Position numbers and translations under genes: made by a program. A stretch of 27,857 nucleotides of DNA from Octopus sinensis (lineage: Eukaryota): assembly GCF_006345805.1 (NCBI RefSeq), contig NW_021827540.1, forward strand, positions 1 through 27,857, written 5' to 3'. Below the pieces are notes generated by a model. That model saw nothing but the letters and a program-made list of their open reading frames with translations, was not told the DNA's origin and made no database searches. Within the stretch, counting starts at the first letter, position 1, and the number at the start of each line of letters is the position of its first letter. This document shows, in pieces, positions 1 to 10,219 of this stretch.

Positions 1-629
1 TGTTGCTTAATCTGTGGTCAGCTTAACCGAGTTTTTTTTTCCACAAACCTTCTGAACATCGATCGCTCACTCTTTCGGCCGATCTGTCCAGGTCACGGCA
101 TCCCTTCACTGACATCGTCCCATGGCGTTACTTGTTCCCGATGTCTCGCGTACACTCGATAACACCCATCCATATCTATAAGAATTGCTGGTCTATTCTA
201 CGCACCACCGCCGCCTCTCCGTCACGCTAGAGACACAGGGTTATAATGCTTTCCATCCGTGGCCACACCCCGCATTTTCTTTAATTTTTTAATATTATTT
301 AGGACATTTTTTTTTCTATTCAACGACAGTTCTAGTCTTCTATTGTTCACAATATATATCCTATTTCCACCCCGCTTTGTTTAATAACACCGTTTGATGA
401 TTTGAGACACATTTAGCTATTCTGTCTAGCTGACATTGAAGTCTAAATAGAGGAGACCCTCTCGTTGATTCACACTTAGTTCTTATTGATTTTTTCCCCA
501 TAGCAAGGATACATATATAGTTCACTTAAGCCTTTCACCCCCTCCGGCTCATGGACTCTCGACGACTTTCCTCCACTGTTCTCGGCTCTGGGCTATTATT
601 TCTCCTCTTTAGTTGGGACCTAGCTTTTG

Positions 630-678
630 AGTATCCCACCCCTAGCTATCTTTCAGTATCCCACCCCTAGCTATCTTT
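630..678. repeat. Tandem duplication, 25-bp period
   Basis: AGTATCCCACCCCTAGCTATCTTT at 630-653 and 655-678. Confidence 0.9.
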
Positions 679-896
679 AGCATGTCATTTCTTCCGCCTC
701 CGGAAACCATACAGGATGTTGGTTTCCGGTCAAAGTTTGCCGCATTGCGTCATATGTTTCCTTGAGAAAATATATTCCTCTCAGACATCTTGCTTTTGAA
801 TAGAAAATAATTTTTCTGTTACTTTGCACTTTTACAGGGAGAGGTATTGGCCCTACTCAAACCGAGTAAAGCGGTGGCCCATATTAGTCTGATCCC

Positions 897-965
897 TATC
901 CTTTGACCTGTCCAGCATGAGGGTGGGGAACTACTAGGAGCCTGTATCATTGGGGCACACAAGCT
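897..965 (-). mobile_element. Decayed dispersed repeat, possibly the 5' leader of an RTE-type LINE
   Basis: Shares blocks CTATCCTTTG, CTnTCCAGnATG, CTACT and TCAnTGnGGCACACA with 16270-16358. The RTE assignment is from recall only. Confidence 0.35.
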
Positions 966-1303
966 GGCTCCTCACCCTGTTTATTTATTTCGTCTTTGTC
1001 CTTTCGGCCGTTCACTAATGGTCCCGTCTTGAATCACATTTATTCACGTTCGTATGTCTACTTTTGTGTTGCATGTCTATCCATTTATTGTTTGTCCGTT
1101 CTCGTTATATTTTCATCCCATTTCTCAGCAGCTTTTCTGTTGCTGGCGCCACCTGAGGGAATGAATATTACAGTTAAAAGCATGAAATTGCGTTTGACTC
1201 TCTGGCCGTCAACTAGTAAGGAGTTGGAGACCTTCTGTGTCTGTTTTCCGTTTGCTTGTGCCTTTAATATATGTTTTATTTACATTATTAAGTAATGGAA
1301 ATT

Positions 1304-1316
1304 AATGATGATGATG

Positions 1317-1383
<67 letters not shown>

Positions 1384-1389
1384 TAATAG
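1304..1389. repeat. (GAT)n/(AAT)n microsatellite
   Basis: Direct reading. Confidence 0.95.
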
Positions 1390-1390
1390 T

Positions 1391-1905
1391 AAAAGGTCAC
1401 AGAAAAGGTCACAGAAAAGGTCACAGAAAACGAGAAAGCAACCATACTCTGGGATATGCCAATACACACAGATAGAGAATTAAAGGCCGACAGACCAGAC
1501 ATAGTTGTCAGAGATCATGAAGAAAAAAAATGCTTTCTAATCGATGTATCAATACCAGGCAGATGACAACATGTCTCTAAAAGAAATTGAGAAACTTTCA
1601 AAATACAAGACCTGGAAATAGAGGTAACTAGAATGTGGAATCTAAAACAGAACAATTCCTATCATAGTAGGTGCATTAGGCATGATAAAAAAATATTCAG
1701 ACAAATACATAACAAAACACCAGGACTTACCAACACATATAACATTCAGAAAATTTCTCAATTTTGGGCACTGCACACATCCTACGCAAAACACTTTCAA
1801 TACAGTAACCATCAAAGCATCGCAACAAAACACAGCACATACCCAAGGCACACAGAGCTGCGCTCGGTAGTGAAGTGAAAGCACGTTGTAAAAATAAAAC
1901 TACTG
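1391..1905 (+). mobile_element. 5'-truncated R4/Dong-like non-LTR retrotransposon (restriction-like endonuclease C-terminus plus 3' UTR), frameshifted
   Basis: Joining frames gives KVTENEKATILWDMPIHTDRELKADRPDIVVRDHEEKKCFLIDVSIPADDNMSLKEIEKLSKYKDLEIEVTRMWNLKTETIPIIVGALG...LGTAHILRKTLSIQ* (TAA 1806-1808). This is the RPD...D...K..KY RLE motif. (AAT)n on both sides. Confidence 0.85.
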
Positions 1906-1953
1906 AATAATAATAATAATAATAATATAATAATAATAATAATAATAATAATA
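1906..1953. repeat. (AAT)n microsatellite
   Basis: Direct reading. Confidence 0.95.
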
Positions 1954-2217
1954 TTTTATCAGCTTAAAGCTTATAACCGTAACCGTAGAATTTGCCGTAC
2001 ACATGGAAGTCGAACCCACACCTCTATGTATTCGTGACAAGTGTGCCATAATTACACTAACGTAGAACACTTGTCGCTAACACATAAAGGTGTGGGTTCG
2101 AGCTCCATGCGTACAGCGAAGCCTACTTTTTCCCTCGAAGGTTTATATGCCCCCAGTATTAAATCATTTACCTTAGTCACTGTACGGTGGACCCTTATAA
2201 TCTTTAAGCTTATAAAA
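1954..2217. mobile_element. MITE-like element with outer TIRs and an inner long hairpin
   Basis: TIRs 1954-1976 and 2195-2217 match 21/23. Inner inverted repeat 1994-2044 / 2067-2117 matches 43/51. Confidence 0.7.
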
Positions 2218-2355
2218 TTTTATTATTAGTTACAAATTGTGGAATTCGGTACCGCTTATCAAATAATCGGAGAAAACGCATACATACATAATATAGATAA
2301 TATATATATATAATATTTATAAATATATATAGATATATATATATATATATGTATA

Positions 2356-2410
<55 letters not shown>

Positions 2411-2414
<4 letters not shown>

Positions 2415-2656
2415 AAAAATACAAACCGGGACAAGAAACAAAACATTTAGAAGACGATACTAAAAACATGGATGAGACATTCGAAGCCTTCAATCTTCAG
2501 TCAAGAACCGGATCATACTCGCAATTTCAGCTGATTAATCTTGAGATTGCTCCGATCTGACCAGCCCCAAAGGAAAATCTAAGCCAACGCATTAGATTCC
2601 TTGGAAGAAAGCCTCGAATGTATACAAAACAAGGACGGAAAAAAACGGACGATGTT

Positions 2657-2657
<1 letters not shown>
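2411..2657 (-). mobile_element. Probable Penelope-like pseudo-LTR fragment between (TA)n tracts
   Basis: Flanked by (TA)n and (CA)n/(TA)n. Degenerate hammerhead-like core on the minus strand at 2473-2503. Confidence 0.35.
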
Positions 2658-2732
<75 letters not shown>

Positions 2733-3339
2733 TTTCGAATTTGTGTGAATGTGTATAGAATAATATATCAGTTGAATAAAGTTAAAACAGGGTCTGGGTT
2801 TCACGTTTTTATTATGGTATTTTAACATTAAAAAAATATTTTCTAATTCTCTTGAAGATAAATTAGCACTTTTATACATAATCATCAAATCACAAATGTG
2901 TGTAACTGACAGTTGAGTTCTTAACTACTGTAGTACCTCTTAGAATGCTCCAACAAACTGATTTTTCTAAATACGATTTTGACTAATCCGCATGCACCAT
3001 AAACATCACGGTTCGCCAGGCGTACCGATATTCTGTAATTTGTTTATATTCAAATGTTAAAGATATGTTTTAATCCACATCATTAACTTATAGTTATATT
3101 ATTGTTGTTATTTCCGTTCAGAACATGTTTGAACATTTTAATAGTTTTCCGGTGAATTCGTATGTAATGTAACATTTTGAAGTCAAACGAAAAAAGCAAA
3201 GCTGTATGTATTAAAGGATTCACTTAATCTATTTAGCACAGAGCTGATATATAGTCGGTTCAGTTCAAGGTTCGAATGCGGCTGAGGGGCTCAAACAAAG
3301 AATTGCAGTAAAAGAGAGTGAAACACCTGTGAGTAAGCC

Positions 3340-4378
3340 AAAGCGAAATGAAAAACTGCCCACGATAAAAAATAAAGATTGTTCAAAAGTAGATGTTCCG
3401 TGGTCGAGATTTCGCTGGTCCTTTAAATGGTTTTTAATATTTAGTGGTCGTCGATAGTTTCTGGAATTGGCCCGAAATTTGTGAGTGTAAAACACCAACC
3501 TCCTTAAATGTGATAAATTTTTTACACATATTGTTTGCATGATTTGGCATCGAAGAAACGATAGTGTCTGACAATGGAACGCAATTTGCGTCTAGTGAAT
3601 TTTTTAAAAAATTGTGAAACGTTCACGGTAGGATGTATATATTTCTTTACTACCCGCAAGGGGCCAAACACAGAGGGGACAAACAAGGACAGACAAACGG
3701 ATTAAGTCGATTACATCGACCCCTGTGTGAAACTGGTACTTAATTTATCGACCCCGAAAGGATGAAAGGCAAAGTCAGCCTCACCACGGTAGGACGGATA
3801 ACGACGGCATCATACCATTCCAGATCTAACGTTTTGACGTTACCTTCAAGAGAGCCCTAAGAAAATCAAAAATGGAAGTCATGGATGAGGTAACTCTACA
3901 ACAATTTTGAAGAGTGTACCGTGTGACATCAAATCCGAATACACTAGCAGGCGGTTCACCAGCGGAGCTGATGTTTGTGAAGGAAGTAAAATTAGTCTTT
4001 GATAAATTGCTACCTGGCAAGAAAAGAACAAAGTGCCAGAGAAGTCATAGCAAGATTCTTTAAAGTTGGGGAAAATGCGAATATGAGGGCATACAAGAAC
4101 GAAAAGAAGAGTTGGGAAAATGGCGTAATTACCAATTGCATAGGAAAAATGATGTATTGAGTAAACAGTAGAAAAGGCGCATATAAGAGACACATGAACT
4201 AACTGAAAAAAAGATTCGTGGAAACGAACCCAAGAGTTTGGAGGAACCGATAGAATGGTTATACGATACATTCCAAGTACCACCGCCACTACAGGTCATT
4301 GAACTCAGGCGTATAAGTGAAAGGAAAAGAAAACGTACAGAGTTCCTGAAAATAGATGTCAAACGCAAAAAATATTAG
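3340..4378 (+). pseudogene. Decayed Ty3/Gypsy integrase, interrupted by a SINE
   Basis: Joined frames read DVPWSR..DFAGPLNG.YLVVVDSF..WPEI...LFA*FGIEETIVSDNGTQFASSEF...YHSRSN...TFKRALRK...F*RVYRVT.NPNT...SPAELMF...FDKLLPG...KRKKY* (TAG 4376-4378). Multiple stops and frameshifts. Confidence 0.88.
3634..3784 (-). mobile_element. 5'-truncated family-A SINE inserted in the integrase
   Basis: Matches the 3' body of 12122-12355. 10-bp TSD CACGGTAGGA at 3624-3633 and 3785-3794. Confidence 0.85.
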
Positions 4379-4471
4379 TGTACGAAAAGATATTTCACAA
4401 ATGGAAGGTGGGAACAAAAGAAAAATTATCGCTGAATAAAATGACACTTCCTAAGAAAAACATTAAAGAGA

Positions 4472-4760
4472 TGTTGTAGGGAATTAGTAATAATGCTACA
4501 CCGCTTCTATGTGACGAATGGAACAACCTAGTCACTATGAGTAAAGAGAAGTACGTGAAATAGTGGGGGTATGTAGTAGGCGGTCAGAGGTAGTCGTATC
4601 TTTACTGGTTTACTAAGCATACTGTATACCGTTATAACAAATCCATCATTTAAGGAATAATAACAATAAACAGCAGAAATTTCCAGACAAACCGGCTGAC
4701 CTGAAGGAAAGGATTCAGTCTGATAGATCGAGATTATATGGGACAAAGACAACCCTAACA
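4472..4760 (+). mobile_element. 3' LTR of the Gypsy element
   Basis: Follows the integrase stop and a purine tract (TAAAGAGA). Begins TGTTGTAGGG, ends CCCTAACA (imperfect terminal inverted repeat), internal AATAAA. Confidence 0.65.
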
Positions 4761-4812
4761 TTTAGAATTATGGTGCTTAAATGTTGGCGCCCTGAAGATT
4801 GATAAGGAAAAT

Positions 4813-4850
4813 GATAATAATAATAATAATTATTATTATTATTAGTATTA

Positions 4851-4918
<68 letters not shown>
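4813..4918. repeat. (AAT)n switching to (ATT)n
   Basis: Direct reading; orientation flips at 4830/4831. Confidence 0.95.
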
Positions 4919-5250
4919 GAGTGAGAGAGCAGTTCATGCCATCAAAGTGACACTGGGGTAAAATATACGAAGCCCAATATACCCATCATGACTACCCGTC
5001 TGATAAGGGTACACCAGGCACATGCATCAGAACCATATGTGCGCGACATGGTGATCTCATATCAAGATAAACAGCACATGACCTTGCAGGTGGGGCCCAG
5101 TTAGAATTTTCTTCAGGTTGAGTAGCCCATCCTGCTCAAAAGGTCCCTGAATAAGGGTTGTTTAAGGATGTTGAAAGAACCACCCATGTTTCCAGAGGTG
5201 AATTATTCAAACCCCAAAGAATCCCTCTCAACACATGGCTATGATGCTCC

Positions 5251-5251
<1 letters not shown>
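4919..5251 (-). mobile_element. 333-bp interspersed element embedded in (ATT)n
   Basis: Complex sequence with sharp ends abutting (ATT)n on both sides. On the minus strand it ends ...CTCTCTCACTC then (AAT)n. Confidence 0.55.
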
Positions 5252-5299
<48 letters not shown>

Positions 5300-5417
5300 G
5301 TTATTATTATATCATTGATAAAAAAGGGGAACCTCTGACTTTTATTTCCTAGTTGTAGAACTGGTACCATAAAAGTTGTCTGAATACTTACCAAAGCCTT
5401 CTGGTGGAATGCACAGG

Positions 5418-5455
<38 letters not shown>

Positions 5456-5588
5456 TTTGATGATGATGATGATGATGATGATGACAACGGCAACGACGAC
5501 GACGATCAACTGAAGAAGAAGAAGAAGAAGAAGAAGAAGAAGAAGAAAAGAAAAGAAGAAGAAGAAGAAGAAGAAGAAGAAGAAGAAG

Positions 5589-5617
<29 letters not shown>
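5418..5617. repeat. (GAT)n, (GAC)n and (GAA)n compound microsatellite
   Basis: Direct reading. Confidence 0.95.
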
Positions 5618-5619
<2 letters not shown>

Positions 5620-5859
5620 GAGTGTAAAGGAGAAGAAAAAAAACGAAGAAGATGAAAACGAAGATAATTATTAAAATATCGAAACATGAATGAAAATACG
5701 ACACTATAAAAAATTTTTTTCAGAAAATTTTCGACAGAAGAAAAAAGATAAAAAGAAGAATAAAGATAAAAAGAAGAATAACGATCGACAAGTGCAAAAC
5801 AGGAGAATGATAGATGATGTCAGCAAAACTGGAGGCAGTACATTAAGAAAGAGAACAGC

Positions 5860-6140
5860 AACAAACAACAACAAAAAGCAACAACAAATGATAATAATAA
5901 TAAGAAGAAGAAGAAGAAGAAGAAGAAGATGAAGAGGAGGAGGAAAAATAAAAAGAATAACAATAATAACAATAATAAAATAATAATAATAATAATAATT
6001 AATAATAATGATGATGATAATGATAATAATAATAATAATGATAATGATAATAATAATAATAATGATGATGATGATGATGATAATAATAATAATTAATAAT
6101 AATAATAATAATGATGATGATGATGATGATAATAATAATA

Positions 6141-6171
<31 letters not shown>

Positions 6172-6238
6172 TAATAACAACAACAATAGTAATAATAATA
6201 AAAATGATAATAATAACAATAATAATAACAACAACAAC

Positions 6239-6286
<48 letters not shown>

Positions 6287-6310
6287 CATGATAATAATAA
6301 CAACAACAAC

Positions 6311-6357
<47 letters not shown>

Positions 6358-6371
6358 TAATAATAATAATG

Positions 6372-6414
<43 letters not shown>

Positions 6415-6457
6415 TGATGATGATAATAATAATAATAACAACAACAACAACAACAAC

Positions 6458-6501
<44 letters not shown>

Positions 6502-6510
6502 TGATTATAA
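5860..6510. repeat. Large compound (AAT/AAC/GAT/GAA)n array
   Basis: Direct reading. Confidence 0.95.
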
Positions 6511-6661
6511 TAAATTTCGTTACCGAAATAAAAAGGAATGCTTCTCAAAGAAAAAAAATATATAAGTTAGTGAATAGGACACAGAGAGAGAAAAAAACAC
6601 AGGAAAAGAATAATTACAATAAAAAATGTGTAAGAAATGGAAAAAAGAAAGTAAGATTTTT

Positions 6662-6690
6662 GGCAGCCATATTGATTTTTTAAGATGGCG
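6662..6690. promoter_or_regulatory. Divergent pair of YY1-like ATGGC motifs; candidate bidirectional promoter
   Basis: Minus strand AATATGGCTGCC (6662-6673) and plus strand AAGATGGCG (6682-6690). Confidence 0.35.
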
Positions 6691-7286
6691 TCTGCAGTTC
6701 TTTCTCTATGCAAAAAGCGATGTATATCTCAGTTGAGATATATTATATAGATAATAAAATGGTGGATTACGCAGTAGAAATTTGATTCTTTGCAGCGGAA
6801 TATCTACTTTAGCAAAAGTACAATGCAATATTTTTTTTCTTTTTATCGCAAATTCGGAAAAATTTTCGAAGCGTAAATAGGAAAATAAGATTTTTGATAT
6901 CTAATTATTTCATTATATACACTACGTAATATATCTATTCAGTTTATATATTTATATACTTATTTAGATATATAATTATTTATCGCTTTAAAATTCAGCT
7001 TTTTTTTTCCTTTTGTCTGTATATTTATGAAATTTAGCAATCCTTTATTGAATTACCCTGTTGGATTTCTGCGTCAGATTTGTTTACCTGTAATTTTTTA
7101 TTTGTTTACGTTCGCTTACTTGGGTTCATGCTATGTCTTAGCGTATATCTTAACGATATATACATATATACACATACACACACACAAACACACGAATATA
7201 GGATTCGGTAAACTAAACCTAGGTGAGGTAGGAACGTTTGAAGCCTCCAGAACAGCAAGAAGCATGGCGGAGAATAAAACTGTTAT

Positions 7287-7304
7287 AATAATAATAATAA
7301 CAAC

Positions 7305-7374
<70 letters not shown>

Positions 7375-7396
7375 TAATAATATGATGATGATGATA
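7287..7396. repeat. (AAT)n microsatellite
   Basis: Direct reading. Confidence 0.95.
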
Positions 7397-7399
7397 ACC

Positions 7400-7989
7400 T
7401 GTTATACTCTAGGCAAAAGGCCCGAGCGGAAATTTTGGGGCAGGGTCGCTGTCGATTAGATCAAGTCCAGTACGAAACTGGTACTTAACTTATCGACCCC
7501 GAAACAATGAAAAACAAAGTCGATGTCGGCGGAATTTGAATTCAGAACATAAAGACAAAGGAAATACCTATTTCTTTACTACCCATAAGGGGCTAAACAC
7601 AGAGAGGACAAACACGGACAGACAAACGGATTAAGTCGATTATATCGACCCCAGTGCGTAACTGGTACTTAATTTTTTTACCCCCTCCTCGAAAGGATGA
7701 AAGGCAAAGTCGACCTCGGTGGAATTTGAACTCAGAATGTAAACACAGATGACATACCTATTTCTTTACTACCCACAAGGGGCTAAACACAGGGAGGACA
7801 AACAAGGACAGACAAACGGATTAAGTCGATTATATCGACCGCAGTGCGTAACTGGTACTTATTTAATCGACTACGAAAGGATGAAAGGCAAAGTCGACCT
7901 AGAAGAAATTTGAACTCAGAATGTAGCGGCAGACGAAATACGCGTACGCGTTTCGCCCGGCGTGCTAACGTTTCTGCCAGCTCGCCGCC
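7400..7989 (-). mobile_element. Head-to-tail trimer of family-A tRNA-derived SINE
   Basis: Periods 184 and 190 bp. Full head only at 7940-7989. Junctions at 7568|7569 and 7758|7759. The leftmost unit has an alternative 3' tail. Confidence 0.9.
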
Positions 7990-7990
7990 A

Positions 7991-8030
7991 AATAATAATA
8001 ATAATAATAATGACAATAATAATAATAATA

Positions 8031-8086
<56 letters not shown>

Positions 8087-8280
8087 TATAATATATAAAT
8101 ATAATATATAATAATATATATGTAATAATATATATATAAATAAGATGGTAGGTAGAGAGAAATATAGGTAAGTAGATTTGAAAGAACTTTTCATACATAT
8201 ATATATATATATATATACATACATACATTCATACATATACACACACACATATATATATATATATAGATATATATATATAT

Positions 8281-8312
<32 letters not shown>

Positions 8313-8480
8313 GTTTATTATATATATGCATATGTGTGTGTGTGCTACATACATAGATAGTTTCGAATGTATATCATATATATATATATATTAAGCATAT
8401 ATACATTATGTGAATCTTTTCTCAACACAATATATACATACATACATACATACATACATACATACATGCTTGCATGCATA
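7991..8480. repeat. (AAT)n, (TA)n and (ACAT)n tracts
   Basis: Direct reading. Confidence 0.9.
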
Positions 8481-8930
8481 CATACATCCACTAACGAGCC
8501 AAGAGACAGCAGCAAAGTCTCATGGATTCCCGATAATTTGTCATGAAAACCTGCAAGACGGCTCCAACAAAACCACTTCAGCGTCATTTCAAAGAGCTTG
8601 CTTGGAAGTTCTAAGCTCCTCTAAAAAATGTCGAACGAGCACATAATGTATGTTATCGATAAGGGGTGGAGCGAAGACAGAGCAGCTGCAACCATTACTA
8701 GACTATTTCTTTCGTGTCATTCAGTGAGAAAATGATGTAACGAATTATTTGAAATTTTAGAAGGAAAAAAAAAAACACGTTGGTTGTCAGAGGAAAATGT
8801 CATGCTAACATTCAACATGACTTCCCTCCATGAAAAAAAGATGCGTCCTTCAGAATGTCCAATGCTATAACTGGATATTGAAGCTGATCTGTAATCATTC
8901 AGTTATGGTAATTTCTGATATTTAGAAAGC

Positions 8931-9085
8931 TTTTAGTCGAGCAAATCGACCTCAGGACTTATTCTTTGTAAGCCTAGTACTCATTTTATCGGTTTCTTTT
9001 GCCGATCCGCTAAGTTACGTGGACGTAAACACACCAGCATCGGTTGTAAAGCGATGTTGGGGGGACAAACACCGACACGCATAAA
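8931..9085 (-). mobile_element. Family-B SINE, 3' half
   Basis: Reverse complement of the 11280-11430 region. Confidence 0.85.
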
Positions 9086-9191
9086 CATATACATATAATA
9101 TATATATATATATAATATATATATATTATATTATTATATATATATATATAATGTAATTATATATATATATATATATATATATTATTATCCT

Positions 9192-9544
9192 AGTATGGAT
9201 AATTCGGTTAATCGATACCTGGGTAGCAAATTCACGTCAGAAAACACGGTTGAAGCTACATGCCAAGGGTAGAAACCCCGTGTTCTTGTGTGGAAATTTG
9301 TGTGTTTTTTTATATGAATAAATGAAAGAATGGAGTCGAAGGAAGATTTTAACAAAATTCCTTTACTCTCAACACATGTTTCGAAGACTGCATACTCTTA
9401 ATTCCGAAGGTTCCTTGTCTTTCCTGATGAGAAGACGGCATAATGCACCCTTTATTCCTTCGGAATTAAGAGTATGCAGTCTTCGAAACATGTGTTGAAA
9501 GTAAAGGAATTTTGTTAAAATCTTCGTTCGACTCCATCTTTCAT
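9192..9544. mobile_element. Palindromic hammerhead-bearing element, copy 1 (Penelope-like pseudo-LTR architecture)
   Basis: Arms 9322-9410 and 9457-9544 differ at 3 positions; 46-nt spacer. Tail 9192-9321 is the reverse-complement homolog of 24241-24367. (TA)n on both sides. Confidence 0.85.
9411..9509 (+). ncRNA. Type-I hammerhead ribozyme
   Basis: Stem I CTTTC 9419-9423 / GAAAG 9497-9501 plus TTCCTT/AAGGAA. Core CTGATGA 9424-9430. Stem II GAAGAC.GCATA / TATGC.GTCTTC. GAAA 9485-9488. Short stem III ACA-tg-TGT. Predicted cleavage after GUU at 9496. Confidence 0.8.
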
Positions 9545-9617
9545 ATATATATATATAATATATAATATATATATATATCTATATATATTATATATATATA
9601 TATATGTATGTATGTAA

Positions 9618-9651
<34 letters not shown>

Positions 9652-10219
9652 TAGGAGTAAATCCCAACTTACAGGGGAAAATTAGATTTATGATTAAATC
9701 TAATTTTACTGTATAAATATAAATTAATTTGCCTAATAGTGGTTTTAGCTCTAATTTAATTTATATATATATATTAGAGGAATATGCACCAAGGTGGATT
9801 CCTTGTACGCTACAAGAAAACGCCAAATCGCCCTTTCACGAAGAATATGTTCACAAAAAGTTTAGCAGACGCCAGAATGTATGCGAGCAAGACAAATGAA
9901 TGGAGACAAAATAAAGCAATTAACGTCATACTTCGAGATTTCGCTATTAATGATTACTTATATAATCAACTGTAGCTCGTCAGTGAAAGCGCTGCGAAAT
10001 ACATAATCAACGGAATCGCATACAAATCGTCGCCATAACAGAGGACATACATATAAATTCCCCCAATTATGCATCGAAAATATCCATCCAAAAGTTTTCT
10101 ACCCTCATTATTTAAATTTTAAACATCCACGTTCTCTACCCGGTGGATTCACTACGGAACTTTATTAGCCGCAGTGTTCTTTTCGTTTTGGTGCACCAGC
10201 ATGAAGATATATATTTTTT

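Noticed and set aside
1-330. Degraded retroelement ORF on the minus strand
   Set aside because: All frames have stops and no diagnostic motif.
590-630. Twister ribozyme (GGTCCCAA on the minus strand)
   Set aside because: The remaining conserved elements and pairings are absent.
700-729. Hairpin CCGGAAACCA / TGGTTTCCGG as a terminator or pre-miRNA
   Set aside because: Too short and no supporting context; similar hairpins at 9678-9707 and 17874-17900 are also unsupported.
3121-3150. Micro-exon candidates (also 7201-7221 and the acceptor at 14948)
   Set aside because: Splice-like signals are frequent by chance in AT-rich DNA and no peptide is recognisable.
4785-4792. TGGCGCCC as a primer-binding site
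   Set aside because: About 25 nt away from the LTR end and downstream of a 3' LTR, so the position is wrong.
4980-5030. Hammerhead in the 333-bp element (CTGATAAG)
   Set aside because: Core is not CUGAnGA and no properly placed GAAA follows.
5239-6683. Long ORFs of poly-N, I, L, Y or E (also 15123-16123, 21580-22038, 22608-23063)
   Set aside because: They are translations of microsatellites with no complex coding sequence.
8490-8625. Mariner transposase relic (HEN...KTT...ELAW/EVL) or a minus-strand exon
   Set aside because: Needs frameshifts, similarity is too weak and no TIR is visible.
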